A stretch of 64,000 nucleotides of DNA, taken from Lama glama. Its lineage: Eukaryota. Under the pieces are notes generated by a model. That model saw only the letters and a list, made by a program, of their open reading frames with translations. It searched no databases and was not told the origin of the DNA. This document shows, piece by piece, positions 12,060 to 25,576 of the stretch. The stretch lies in the NCBI GenBank assembly GCA_028534125.1, contig CM052818.1, forward strand, positions 40,922,001-40,986,000. The letters are read 5' to 3'. A program made the position numbers and the translations under genes. Numbering within the stretch: the first letter of the stretch is position 1; each line of letters begins with the position of its first letter.

Positions 12060-13159
12060 CTACAAAGCAGAACACAGAGGTTCAGGTGTCGGGAGAGGGG
12101 GAATCACAGGACTTCCTGCTCCCGGGCTGCCCGGGGTGGAGGAGGACAGGCTTGCGGGCCTGGACGAAGGTCTGGCCCAACGTTCAAGGTCAAGGGCTGG
12201 CGCAGGGAGTCCGTCTCCCCGTGTGTCCTCACTCACAGGCCCCTCGCTGTCTCCCGTGTGTGAGGCTGGTGACACTGGGCTTTTGGGTCTGTGGGGCCTG
12301 GAATGGGGGAGCAGCTAGGATTCCTCATCTGCGGCTCCAGTCGCTCTCCCTCAAGGACGAGGATGAAGGAGCCCTGACTCCTCTCCTGCTCAGGGTGGTG
12401 GGTGCTGCGTGAACTTCCACTCCTCCGGGTGGGACAGTCTAGGTTCACCGCCCACCCGCGGGGCCCGAGCGAGTTTGCCCCGACCTCCTGCCAGCGGCTC
12501 CCCAGCCCCAGCCCACAGCCCTCTCCCGGGGTGAGGTTCCAGAGTCCAGACTTCTTTTTACAGGAACTCTCCTTCTGCAGACCATTTAAAACCCACTAAA
12601 AATAGAACATGACCGCTTATTTTTGAGAGCCATGAAGAGATGTCTTCTCATTGCCGCCGGGGTGCTGTGGGAGACAGAGACTGGACCCGCGAGGAGGAGG
12701 TAGGGAGGCTCAGACCCGCCCGGAGGTAAGAGTGCGGAGAAGGAGGCAGGGCCTGGCCCTGGACACGCATCCAGGACAGCCACCCACAGCGGGGCGTTCT
12801 GACTCCTGACTCTCTAGAGGACAGTCTCCAAGTGGAGCACGGTTAACAATCAGGTAATCCTCACCCCCGCCCCTGCCTCAAACAAAACAAACCATGCGCC
12901 GTTTTAAAGCAGGGACGGTACGTATGTGTTTCTGGATGAAGAGATCCAGCAAATACAAAATGCAAAGCAGATTCCAGAGGAGGCACTGGTGTTCCTGTTC
13001 CTGTGGACATTCTGCCTCTTGCTAAGCAGGCGGGTGGGCCCCACCCAGACCGCCGGCTCCCTGCCTCCTCCCCGCTGCGTCCTCTTTCTCCCTGTACGTC
13101 CTGCCTTTCTAAATAGCTTGATCCTCATGTGCCCTGAACTGCTTTTTTTTTTTTTTAAC

Positions 13160-13975
13160 TCACAACACTTAACGGCATCAAATGTGGGGCGGGGGTTGGT
13201 CTTGGTTTGTCTTTTTCTGCCACAACAACCAGTTCTCCAACTTGCTGGACACCAACTGGGTGTCCCACAATTCAGTCCCATTCTGATGCTAACTGTGCCA
13301 GAGGGTGAGGGCTCAGTCCCACGAGACCGCCCCACCTTGGATGCCATTCACAAGTCCCAGGTGGCCACCCTGGACCTCTGAGAGACCTGCTGTAAAGTTG
13401 GAGGGTTCCCACAACCCCCTCCTCAGTGTCGAGAATTTGCTAGGATGACTGTCAAAACTTAGAAGGCACTTTTTAAAAAACTATTACCAGTGGTTATAAA
13501 GGATACACCTGCAACAGGGGAGAAGCACAGGGCAAGGTATGGGGGGTGGGAGTGTACGGAGCTTCCACGCCCTCTCCAGGTGCACACCCTCCCAGCCCCT
13601 CGAGGTGTTCACCAGCCCGGAAGCTCCCCGAACCCCGTAGCTTAAGGGTTTTTATGGCAGCTTCATCATGTAGGCACAGTTGATTAAATCACTGGCCACT
13701 GGCGATTGGACTCAATCTCCAGACCCTCACCCCTCCCTGGGGGTTGGGGCTGAAAGTTCCAACTCTCTAATCTTCCTTGGTCTTTCTAGGATCAGCACCC
13801 CTGCTCCGCCCTCCACCTAAATCCTGAAGCTCTCTTGGGGTCCCCAGCCACCAGTTATCTCATTAACATACAAAAGATACTGTTATCACTCCAGAGATTC
13901 CAAGGGTCTTAGAAGCTTTTGTGTCAGGAATAGGGGATCCAGACCAAATATATATTTCTTCTTCTATCACAGTGT
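13160..13975 (-). mobile_element. MER21-family solo LTR
   Basis: ggacaccaactgggtgtcccacaattcag, gagggttcccacaaccccctcctc and ccaaatatatatttctt match the MER21 consensus in reverse orientation. Confidence 0.75.
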
Positions 13976-14867
13976 CATGTGCCCTGTGCATCAGTGGTCT
14001 TCATCTTTCTCTCGGCAGGTGCTGTTTGCTGATGCACCATCTGCCTGTGGTCAGGGGTCTTGCTGGACAAAGCTGGTACCTGTGACGGACCCTAAGAACA
14101 GAGCGGAGTGAGCTCCTTGATGGAGATGGATTCCCAAGCCTCAGGGCTGTCCCACCAGCCTTTCTAAGGGCAGTGACACGAGGTCTCCGCGTATTATTTT
14201 TCTCCATCCGTGTAGGTTTCTGGCAGTGCAAAGCTTTACCTACTTTATGCCTCACAGCATACTTTTAAGTTAAGGGCTATCTGATAGTCTTATCTAAAAA
14301 TAGCTGGGCACCTCAGGTCAGTATATTAAAAATTCATTTAGATCTGGAATCAATTGTAAATTTGAAGCTATAAAAGTTACATGTGCCTTGCAGAATGTCT
14401 ATTTACTGACTTTTATAGCCAACACGTTTACTTTGGAAGAACCAAGCGTGTGGTCAAGAGCCCCCAGGTATCTGGAGGGGCTGTTTCCTGTAGAAAATTC
14501 ATCCTATTGTGCTCTAAGCACTTCACGTTTTCCTCTTCAGGGGAATGCTCCTTCTTTTGATGAAATCATTCAACTTTGGACAGATCATCACAGAAAAATG
14601 AAGCCATACTCCCTTCAATCTCTTTAGGAAGAAATTAGGGTCATGAACTCATCTTCGCTTCTCTTGGAGGAAAATAGTGCTTGAGATGTACAAGTATTTT
14701 GGCGTATTGTTGCTTGACGGGCGTTTATTTTTTAAAATTCAATGTATTTTGCTCCAATTCCTGCATGAAATAATTTTTGGCGGCATTAATAATCTAAACC
14801 TTTAAATATAATAAAAAAAACTGAAGTTGAAATTTTATATATGTATAATTATATATATTTCATTTAC

Positions 14868-15232
14868 GTCTTTTAGTTCAGGCTGCTATAACAAACTATC
14901 ACAGACTGGGTAGCTAACAAGCAATAGAAATGTATTTCTCATAGCTTTGGAGGCCAGAAGTCCAAGATCAGGATGCCAGCATGGTCAAGTACTGGCGAGG
15001 GCCCTTTTCTGGGTTGCAAACTACCGGATTCTCACTTTGTCCTCACGTGGTGGAAGGGGCAAGGGGACTCTGCGGGGTCTCTTTTTTTTATAAGGGCACT
15101 AATTCCATTCATGAGGGCCCCACCCTTCTGACCTAAGCACCTCCCTAAGGCCCTACCTCCTAATACCATCATTTTGGGTATTAGGTATCAACATATGACT
15201 TTTGGGGACACACAAGCATTCAGCCCATTGTG
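14868..15232 (-). mobile_element. MLT1A-like MaLR solo LTR
   Basis: ggctgctataacaaa...cacagactgggt...ggaggccagaagtccaagatcagg...cattcagcccat. Confidence 0.8.
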
Positions 15233-18200
15233 ACTTGTTTGAAAGAAAATAAATTTAGTTATGAAAAATTTTAGAAACTGTATTAGATGATTTAATATTG
15301 CTAATTTTCAGTAAGTTTCCAGCCTCTCTTTTATGCCTATGTACACACACACACACACATATAGTTTTTCTACTTTTGTTCAACATTTTAAAATCAAGTG
15401 TATCCTGTATTTCCATTAAAAAGAAAAAAAAAACAAAAACTCATCCGGAAGCAGCTGCGATTGGTGGATTAATGCCTGCTGACAGGAATCCAGGCCCCCA
15501 GCCAGGAGCCCTTCTGACCCTGGAAGCTGTGTGGTGCGGCTCCTGGAAGCCTTTGCTGGGGTTTGGCACCAGTGGGGCAGCCTGCCCTCCTCAGGGCGCC
15601 TGAGAGAAGCTTCTCTTTGAAGAGCAGGGTGTGGGGGTGGAGCAGGGTCTGCTCCGGGTTCTGGCCAGCAGAGCCCTAGGCTCAGTTCTGGGGATGACGG
15701 TGACCCGGCCGGTCCCCTGGGCTCCGGGCTGGCTGGGGGTGATGGTGGCCGGGAGCCAGGCCTCCCAGGTGCTGCAGCCTGCATTCTCAGGCCCTGTCCT
15801 CGCCCCTGCGCAGGGCACAGCGCTTCTGCTCCAACACGCGGGGGCTCAGAGCCTCACAGCAGAAGGTTGGCAGGAGTGGGGGCAGAAGTAGCCTGCGGTC
15901 CCTGAACACTTCTGGCCCTTCTGATGATACCCCTACTCAGGGCCACACAGCGGTCTATCCTCGTCCTACCACAGGGACAGTCCTGTGCTCTGGTTATGCT
16001 CTGAGGAAAGGGGCTTTAGAGGCTGCTGACCTCGGGTGAGACCAGGACCCAGATGCCAAGTGAAGCGTGATGTCTGCAGGAAACCGTCCCCCTGGTGCTG
16101 AAAAGCAACTTACAGGTGAACTTAAGGGCCTGCTCTGTTTCTAGCTTGGGGTGGGATCCCTTATCTGTGGAAGCCAGATGGAATTACTCATGGATCCTTA
16201 AGTGCCCTGTGGTTTCCAGCCTCGGTCTTGGCCCACACAGCTCCCTCTGTCTGTCGGACCCTCACCTACTGCTCAGTTCTGCCTCTTCCCATCACCTGAA
16301 GCTGCCACCTCCCCCAGGCCCTTCCTCTGCAAACAGCCTGATGTCGACCCCTCTCTCCTTGCAGCCCAGTGATCTTCGCGCACGCGGCGTTCCTCTGCTG
16401 GACCACACGTCCCTTGCTCCACTCAGCCGTGCTCCCAGTCTTTGTTAACCAAGTGAGGGAGCCTTGGCTTGCAGGGAACAGGCCAAGCCTGCGGTGGGAG
16501 GTTCCGCTGAGGATGAGCACCTCGGAAATGAGGACAAGGGAGTTGAGAAAAGGCCAGCCCCGTGAGGCCTCCTGCTTCTGCTGTGCTCAGGTCCGCATTT
16601 GGGCCAAGGTTAGTAGAGAGCAAGATCACACAGCCTTCCCCGCTCTGTCCCAAAAGTGGAAACAGGGCCAGGAATGGGGGTCCTCAGCAGACTTTCCAGG
16701 GGAGGTTCTGTGTGGCAGAGAACTGGTGTGGATGCCTGCTCTCTGCTGCTGACTGACAAGCAGAAGGGGGCATTTGTCCCACAGCATCCCACGGACTGAT
16801 TTCTAGACATTTCTGAGTTAATTCCTCTGGGACGCACATCTCTCTTTCCTGCGGACTCCCCCTCCCCAGGATGCCTGGAAATGCCGTTTGTACCTGCCAG
16901 CAGTTGTGGGCACCTGCCTCCTCTTCCTGGAAGACCTTCCAGGAGCCCCCCAGTCAGATTCTCAGCAGAGTCCAGTCAGCTGGGCACAGCATGGGCCGTC
17001 TGTTTCCTGAGCTGGGTCACAGGGAGCTCCCTGAGCCCACCCGGCACTGCCGAGGAGAAGGGCTCAGAGTCCCCTCGGACACCTCCTTCGTCTCCTCACT
17101 CTGTGGGTCTCCTCCAGCGAGGGCCTGGCGGGGCAAGATGTCCTTGGCTTCTCTCCACACCCCATTTCCCCATCTCCCCCGTCCACTTGCCACTGCAAGT
17201 ATCCACAGAGGGTGCCCCTGCTCTCCCTTCTGCCTCGGCCAGGGCCCCATGGCCTCGCGTTGATCCTGACCAAAATCTCCCAGCTCCTCCTGCCTCTGGC
17301 CGCCTCCAGGTCCGACACCCAGGCCACACCGACCTCTCTGAAATGTGGCTCCAATGATGTAATTTCTCTTCACAGAAACGCTCTGTGGAATCAAATCCGA
17401 GCTCCTTCGCTTGCCGTTCAAGGGCTCCCGTACCTGACCCACTATGCGCCTTAAACACTGTGTGTCCTGCTCCTCTCTGCTCTCAGCTCAGCCCTCAGGC
17501 CGCCCTGGCACCGCTGAATCCCGGCTTCTCGCCTGCTCTGTGTGGCCCTTCGTGACCGCCCCAATGCACAGGCATCTCTCTCATTGCTCTGCTTCATGCC
17601 TCTGAGCCGCAGTGTCTTCTTAGGTGTCACCAAACCTGCCCGTGGCCTTCACAGTTCATAGGCCTTCCCTGTCTGCGTGTCCGGCTCAAAGGCTCTACCT
17701 CCAGGCCCCCCTCACGGCTGGACAGAATCTCTCCCTCTGCTTGGTTTGTGCTTCACTTATTTCTAGATGAATCTTTTCAAACCCTCTGCTCTCGACCGCA
17801 GAAACTTCTAGTCCTGTCTGTGTCCCTCGCCACCTGTGAGTTCTGTGCAGGCAGAGACAGCTTGTTCATCTCTGCTCCCCCCCAGCTCCTTGCTCGGGGC
17901 CCCCAAGGAGAAGCTCCGTAAGTTCCCGGGGATCATGGGGTCCGCGGTCTCGCCCGTCTTTGTATCTGTCACTGTGTCACTTCTGTTAGCAGCTCACTGT
18001 CATCTGTGAAACAGGACTGCTGCATCAGCTGACCACATCCACGCCCCCGTGAGGGAAGAGGAGGGTTTTCACTACAACTGAACCGTCATGAAAAATATTT
18101 TAAAAGTCCTCATTACAGTGTCAACTCCCCCATTCCCAGAATTCTACATCTTCCTTCACTGCTTTATTTTTCTCCAAAAAGCTGACGACCATACAACATA

Positions 18201-18754
18201 TTTTAATGATTTATTCATTGTCTTTCTTCCTCCATGAAAAATGCAAATTCCATGAGAAAAGCGTCTCATGCTCTGTTGTTGCCTAACTGACACATAGTAA
18301 GTGCTCAATAATCAGTGAACGAAAGCGTGAACTAATTCCTTTTTGATGCTGTCCTTCCTAATAACTGTACTGTACAGTCAGGATCAGTAAAAACTTCAGC
18401 ATCTCCTAGACTCCTCAAGGCAGCCCAAATGGTTTGGTTCGTAACCTTTACTTGGTAGCAGAGAGGCAGGTTTTTAGGGCAGAGGTTTAGCACCACCTGT
18501 CGTTCCTACTCACTTAGGGGATTACTTATTTAATATCTATTATTGAACTGTGAATCCCCAGAGCACAAACCTATTTGATCGCCATTGTGTTCACAGCACA
18601 TAGGACAAGTCCTGCAGATGGTACCTGCTGATTACCACCTTGTCCAATGGCCAAGTGAAAGGAGTGTTTATGGTGTCAGCCTGAAGGTAACCGGGTGACC
18701 AAACGCTGCTGCTGAAAACAGCTACCACCGGCTGGACATTTGTTATAATCTAGG

Positions 18755-18990
18755 CAGCTCTGTCCCATAGAACTTCTTGGGATGATGGCAATATTCTATA
18801 AACCACACTGCCCAAAACGACAACCACTAGCCAGATGTGTCAACCACTGTATTAGGTGATGGGAATAAAATAGAAAAAAAAAGAGCAAAGGACAGTGGAC
18901 TGAAGTGTTACTGGAGTGACTGCAGAACAGGACATTTTCATATTAATTTCGATAACCATATATGGCCAGTGGCTTCTCTACTGACCAGTA
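18755..18990. mobile_element. MER3-like hAT MITE
   Basis: cagctctgtcccatagaacttcttgggatgatggcaatattctata...aaccacatatggccagtggct. Confidence 0.55.
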
Positions 18991-19199
18991 TGATTTACGC
19001 GATGTCATTAATTCTCACACTATCCCTGCCAAGCCGTTACCCTCAGCTCCATTTCATGGTCAAGGAAACATGGACTGAGAAAGGTCCAGCAAACCCTCAA
19101 GTTCTCCTCCCACTGTGTCAATCTGTTGCCACGTTTTGCAGAGGAGCAGTGAGAACTGTTCACACCCTCTGGAGAAGAGGGAACACCTTTGGTCCTGGG

Positions 19200-19398
19200 T
19201 GTCCATATCCCTGAATTCAACCGACTGTGGAGCCAGATTTGAAATGTGACCCGTGGTTGGCTGAATCCGTGAGTGTGTGACCCCTGCTACGGAGGGCCAA
19301 CTATACTAGGCCAGTTTATATGAGGGACTTGAGCATCCATGGAGTTCATATTGTGGGGGTCCTGGAACCAATCCCCCACGGTTACTGAGGGACCCCTG
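19200..19398. mobile_element. MER2-like Tigger MITE
   Basis: gagggacttgagcatccatgga...gggggtcctggaaccaatcccccacggttactgagggac. Confidence 0.7.
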
Positions 19399-20450
19399 GA
19401 TACAAAACAGAAGGTAGAAAGTTAGGGGAAGATTTCCATCTGCCTCCACGTTTATTGTAACACTGTCATGATTTTCACATAGAAATGGGCCCACTTCTAA
19501 TACTACGTAGTGTGTTATTCCATTTAATCCTTATAACAAAACCTGCTATCGTAAACTCCTTGCTGTGGGTGAGGAACAAGCTTGAAACGTCCACGCATTT
19601 GCCTAAGGCGCCTGGCTGGCTGTGGGAGAGGCAGGATTTGAAAGCGGATTTGTCTGGTCATTTCTGCTCCATCCTGTTTCTCTTAATCAAGTATTAGATG
19701 AGGAAATAAACTTAAACCCACATGGAAGGATGAAACAAACCAATTTGTTGCATTACGTAATTCTTAGCTTCCATCATCTCTAAATCCTTGGTGGTGTTTA
19801 TTTATCGCCACCTCCTGGCAGGATGTATGTACTACATGAAAATACTAAAATGCCTCTTGAGGGATATTTTTTGTGATTCATTCATTCTTTAACTCAACAA
19901 ACATTTATTGAGCAATTACTATGTGTCAAGCACTATGTTAGGTGCTGAATAAAGTAGAAAAAATACATAGCATATTAAGGATAGTGGGGGAAATAGGTAT
20001 TAATCAAACAACTACGTTAAGTATAAAATTACACTATGATACAAGTGTATAAGCCACAAATGAGAATAATGGAGATGGTCTTATGAGTTTGAAACGTAAC
20101 AGAAATTTAGTGTGCAGGCCCCTTCCCCCACCCCAATATGCAGGTGGCTGACAATTCGCTACTCTTCATCATAGTTTAGGAAAGGTCTCAGAGTCTAAAA
20201 TGTTCCTGGATCACACAAGCCTAGACTCTGTCTGTATTCCACACCCTTACTTAGGACCGACCAATGGGCAGGAGAAGAAATCCGCAGCAAATGCTGGAGG
20301 CCTTGTCTCCCCCCCAGGGAGACAACAGGAAACTTTGCATGAATTAACCAGCTTGCTCCTAAGCCACAGCAGAGGTTTTCCTTACAGATAGTAGTCCAAA
20401 GCCCCACATTTCCATCTTATCATAATCTATCCAGTTGTGACTACTGAAAA

Positions 20451-20944
20451 TGTGAAAGAAAATACTGCCATGTGAGTGAAAATACTGCAACCATATTAGT
20501 AAACAAAGAATGCTGAAACCAAGTCATCAGCGGCTGCCGCCACCCCCCAGTGGGGACAGGCCTGCAGCCCGGCCTCTGCAGCCACTCACAATGGTGCACT
20601 CTGAGCGGACTCAGAATAAGAAAGGACAGGATACTGGCCCTAGATAGCTAGGTGCTTGTCAAAGGAATGAATTCAGTGAGCCCAAATGTTTGCTTCCTCC
20701 CATACATAGAAAAGCACTAAATTCTTTAACTTGAGGTGCCTGGTTTTCTTTCGATAACAAGTCATCTTTTATTGTTCCAACTACCTGGTCTTTGTTGTAA
20801 AGCTCCTATATATCCCGGCTCCTCCCCTACCTCTTCGGAGCAGTCCCTCAGAGCGATCTGGGAGGCTGTCATCCCGGCTCGAGTCCTCCCTCCAAATCAA
20901 ACATAACTCTTAACTTTAAGGCTGCGCGTTTATTTCAGTCGACA
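20451..20944 (+). mobile_element. Solo ERV LTR, probably lineage-specific; same family as 32492-32944
   Basis: TG...CA termini, TATA-like cctatatatc near 20805, 3' end tttatttcagtcgaca. Flanks aaaa/aaag are an imperfect 4-bp TSD. Shares ccggctcctcccctacctcttc-gagcagt with 32801-32830. Confidence 0.72.
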
Positions 20945-21665
20945 AAAGGTTTGTTTCCTTAAGAGATGCTGCATGGCCCCAGACACTTCATGCTTAATAT
21001 GTGTCCGTACCCCTGGCCCCGCCACCCCAAGTGCGGCACAGGTGGCTGCATTACGAAATGGCCTCAAAACGCTGTGCTTCCCTCCCCGCCTCCAGCTCTC
21101 TGCACCATCTTGCTGCCGTCCGTATAGCTCTTCCTTCTAGAAGTTGTACTAAGTTCTGAGAAGACACTGTAACATTCCCCACGAGAATCCTTCCCCTCTC
21201 CCAGTGTCCCTGGGGCCTGCCTCAACTGGATGGAGGAGGAAGGTCCCCCAGCGGTTCTCCGTCTGACCTTCAGGTGGCCGGGGAGGTTTTCACAAGCACG
21301 GCCTTGGGCACTGAGAAAGCTGATGTGCTGTGTCAGGAGGGAGTGGCAGCGAGACCACTGAGGAGGACCGGTCTCTCTCCAGCCCCCTGCTGATGCTGGG
21401 CAGCCCTCGGACCTCGGAATAGATTTCTGCCCATTAGTCTGCCTGAAATAGAGCTCACGTTGGGATCAAAGAACAGAAGAGTATTCTTGGACCACTCTGC
21501 TCTCACCGTCATGGAGAGGTCTGCCATCCAAACCTTCACAAGACACAGTCCCTTTTAAAATATCCTCACTCGGGTCAATTCTGTTTCCCTTTGTTCTCAA
21601 ATGTCCGAAGCCTAAGGTGTCTGGCTTACGAGCCCACCAACAGCATCCCTCCCCAAGGGTGGAGT

Positions 21666-22131
21666 TGTCATAGGAACGATCCATATGGGATCTGTTTCTT
21701 TTTCTTTAACCTTTGTATTCTATTACTTTTGCTACAAGTTAATCACTAAAGGCATGTTGCCTACAGCTTAAAGTATACATAATGGCCCCTGCCTGAGTGT
21801 TAAACTAAAATGCCTTTGTTTAGCTCACAGGAAACATCCTGCTCAGGCCCACCTGTGAATGGCTGCAGGGAAGAAGAAATTAACACATTCCCTCCCGAGT
21901 CTTTGCAAGAATTTACCGCCTTTCTTACTTTACTTCCTCACCTCCCCCTCTTTGTTCTATAAAAGAAACTAGCATCCAAACTGGGCAAGATGGTTCTTGG
22001 GACACTAGCTCACCATCTTCTCAGTCTGCTGGCTTTCTGAATAAAGTTGCTGTTCCTTGCCCCAACAGCTTCTCTCTCGACTTACTGGCCTGTCATGTGG
22101 CATCAGCATGAGCTTGGACAACTTGGTAACA
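21666..22131 (+). mobile_element. Solo ERV1 LTR (MER34-like)
   Basis: TGTCA...GGTAACA termini, ctataaaa TATA box near 21957 and aataaa near 22040. Flanks gagt/aagt. Confidence 0.75.
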
Positions 22132-23853
22132 AAGTCTTCTCTGTCGCACACTTGAAATATGACTACTCTGCCCCTGAGATCATCTCCTCACCTCTGCTGG
22201 ACTCAGCCAGGGGCTTCCTCTGGGTGACCTGGTTCAACACCTGCCTCTCCAGGCCCTTTGTCTGGAACGCTCCTCTTCTGCCCTGGCTCAGTTAATGCCT
22301 GTTTATTCTTTAGACCTTGATTCAGTATTCATTTTCTCAGGAAAGCTTTCTCTGAGCCGAGGTCAGAAGCCCCCATTACACACGTGCATATCACTGAGTC
22401 TGCTCTAACATTGATCCAAATCGTGAAGAAATGTTCATGGGATTGTTTGATTAAGGCCTTCCTCCCCTAGTGGACTATAAACTAAACGGCAGCAGGAAAT
22501 GGCCTGGTTTTGCCCACCCCTCAGAGCCTAGCACAGGGCCAGGCACACAGGAGGTGATCAGTAACTATTGGCCAGATGAATGAATGACTCAGCACAGCAG
22601 GTCATTTTCGAGCCCGAGGAGACAGCACAGCAGAAAATCCACCCAGTGACCAGTAAAAGGGTTGAAATGTGTTCTGAAGGTTGTCTTCAGTCAACTCTGC
22701 GCAAGAAGGCTCTCCATTTGGCCTGAAAACTGTCATCCCCATTACTGCTTTAGCCGATGATTCGTGAGGTTATGAATCATTCCCAGAGCTGTACATGCAC
22801 TTGGTCAGGTGGACGGGAAAAAGTAGAGAGAGAGTCTCCCCTTAATTAGAAATGGTGCGTCCAAAAACTGTCTTCTGCCTCAGTGTTCATTCAACAGATA
22901 CTCCCAGAAGCCTAGTGGGTGACACGCTCTATCTGTGCTGAGCTCTGCGTGGGCAGGGAGGGTGAGGAGGGGCAACGGAGCGTAAGCACAAAATGTAAGA
23001 CCTGGTCCCTTGCCCTCCAGCAGATGTAAAGAATCGAAGGTAGATGCAGCCCAGAATGTGAGCTGCCTTCCACATATGGGCTCTCTGGAAGGCGGGCAAA
23101 GCCACAGCCACCCTACCCGCCCCGACAGGGGTCACCCAGATCCCGAGGTCACTTCTCAGAGCTGCCCCTCCTGTTGTCCTCTGGATGACAGTACCCATTC
23201 TCTACAGTCATGGACCCCTTAGGACTCCAGTCTTTATTACAAGAGAACCACTATCAGCTCTTGGTTCTTACGTAACTGCATCAATTTGAGAAGAAGATTA
23301 ACCCTGAACTAAGTTTCTAGAGAAGGGATTTTGCCCCTTGGGTCAGGGGAAGCAATTTCCATCCATGTCCTAGACCAGGTCCCTGGATATGCATATTGAC
23401 CCAAAGAAGTCATGAACTCCCAGAGAAGTTCTGTTACTTTCTCATAGAAAACAAGATACCGGCAGCAAAAATCCAGACCCCTCACTGATTTTTCAGGTCT
23501 CCCTCACTTGAGAAATCTCACTATGAGAAAAGGCCAAATCACCTCTTCTTCAAGGGAAATACTACATTTTGCCCTTTATTATATAGAAACTACACCTCAC
23601 TGGTTTTAGATTAGGACCTGTTCTGCTGTAGACGCTTTACATGGGCTCAGGGCGGATAAAGGAAGCAATTCGTTGCAGAGGAGCAGATGCTGGGTTGTGA
23701 CAGGGTGTCCAGGTGTGACTAAAGTCAAGCCCCTTTGCCTCTGAGGACTTCCATTTCCCCGGATATAAAATGAGGGGATAAATCAGATAAGCTTCAAAAT
23801 TCCTTTTCGCTGTAATGTTTTATTTATTTTTCAGATTCTCAAAGTAAAATCCT

Positions 23854-23957
23854 AAAAGAAGAAGAAGGAGGAGGAGGAAGGAGGAGGAGGAGGGAGGGGA
23901 GGAGGAGGAAGGGGAGGAGGAGGAAGGGGAGGAGGAGGAAGAGGAGGAGGAAGAAAA
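23854..23957. repeat. Pure polypurine (GAA/GAG)n tract, about 104 nt
   Basis: Seen directly; no pyrimidine on the plus strand. Confidence 0.95.
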
Positions 23958-24074
23958 TAATGAATTTGGCAAGTGGGTGTTCGTCTTATAATTTTGGATT
24001 TGTTGTTAACCAAAGGACCGACTGCCTCCTGGTGTCGGTCTGTCCTAATTACAGGCTCAAACTTCGAAGGACGA

Positions 24075-24242
24075 CTCTATCTACAAGTGTATCTGTATCT
24101 AAATCTACAACCGTATCTGCATTGACATCCATCTACGTACCTTTATCTCTATATGTAGGTTATATCTCTAGTTCTATAACATGTTTCTATTTCTATCTAT
24201 ATAGCTCTCTCTCTATCTCTTTATCATATCTCCATCTGTATC
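24075..24242. repeat. Degenerate (TCTATA/TCTA)n low-complexity repeat
   Basis: Seen directly. Confidence 0.7.
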
Positions 24243-25439
24243 ACCACCTCTCATCCTCCGGGCACAGACTCAGAGACAGAGGCGAGCCAGCCTTGGACAT
24301 ACTTCCCTGGGGAGGAGGCTGCCTCTGCTGTCTATCTTCCCAGACTCCCTGATTTTCCCCTTCCTGGGGAGTAACTCCAGTAAATGTGATCTGATTCTTG
24401 ACTCAGTGATCGAGAAGAACCAACTGAGAGATTAGATCTCAGGAGAGTTTGCCAGGAGGACCGTAGCTGGAATCCTCCCACCCTAACATGGACAAAGGGC
24501 CGAAGCCACACGAGGGTGAGGCTCCGGTGCCCGACCTGCTGCCGCTCTGCCCTTTAACCGTGTCCTGCAGGGCATTACCCCGGAGCAGATAAGGGTCAGC
24601 GACCAAGTACCAATCCTGCCGCTTACTGGCTGTTTAGTGTTGGAAGAGGGTCTGAACAACCTGGTCCTGCTTCCTTTTGTGTAGAACAAGGGAGCTGGAT
24701 CTCCATGAGCCCGAGAGGGCCGATCAATGCCTGTAATTCTAAACTGTAAATCTGCACAACTGACAAAATCATACTTGACAAAAGATGCTGATTTAATTGC
24801 AACACTTTTATAGCCCTTCCTGCGTGCCTGGCCTGTTTAAGCACACTGCCAACATTCTCCCAAGCAATCGTCTAACAACCCTCTGACATAGGTACCACTG
24901 CGAGCCCACTACAGAGGCGGGTAAACAGAGGCACAGGCATATTATGTTAATTTGTCCCAGATCGCATACCTAGTTAGCGGTGGAGTTGAACCGTTTCACT
25001 CTAGAAGGTATACTCTCAGCCTTTAAGCTATACACCTCTGATCTAATACAGGAACACAGGCACTAAAAAGGGCAAAATCCCAATTCTGCCCTTAACTCTC
25101 ACCATGTACCACCATAGACCATCTGCATCCATGCTAATCAGACAGATGCAGCTGAGAAGCTGGGTGGGTGAGGTCAGCAGATCTTCAGAAGCTCCCAATG
25201 GGCCAAACTGGCCAGAGATCGCCTGGGGGTTGTGGGCTTTGGCCAGAGCCCAGGGGTTTTGACTTAACTACTCAGGGCACAGGGCGTTGATGTGGGATGG
25301 CGCCTGGGAATGTGCTGTATCACTTCGAATGATCCCCCAGAGCGCGTTCTTTCTGCGCTTAGAGCCTGGCAGCGGGCACCGTGATGACCTGACACAGGGT
25401 CCTGCTCTCACCGCTGTGGACAGAACACCAGCTTCTGCG

Positions 25440-25576
25440 AACACCAGTCTCCTGAGGGTCTTGTTAAAATGCGGATTCTGATTCAGCAGTTTGGGAGGGG
25501 GCTGCAGTGGCTGAACATCAAACACTCTCATGATGCAGAGGCTGCTGGTCCACAGACCACACTTTAGGAAGCAAGA
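25440..25576. mobile_element. MER5A-like hAT-Charlie MITE
   Basis: cttgttaaaatgcggattctgattcagca...gctgctggtccacagaccacacttt. Confidence 0.7.

Noticed and set aside
11557..12318. 253-aa plus-strand ORF overlapping the VSNL1 exon
   Set aside because: Antisense shadow of a GC-rich coding exon; no recognisable protein.
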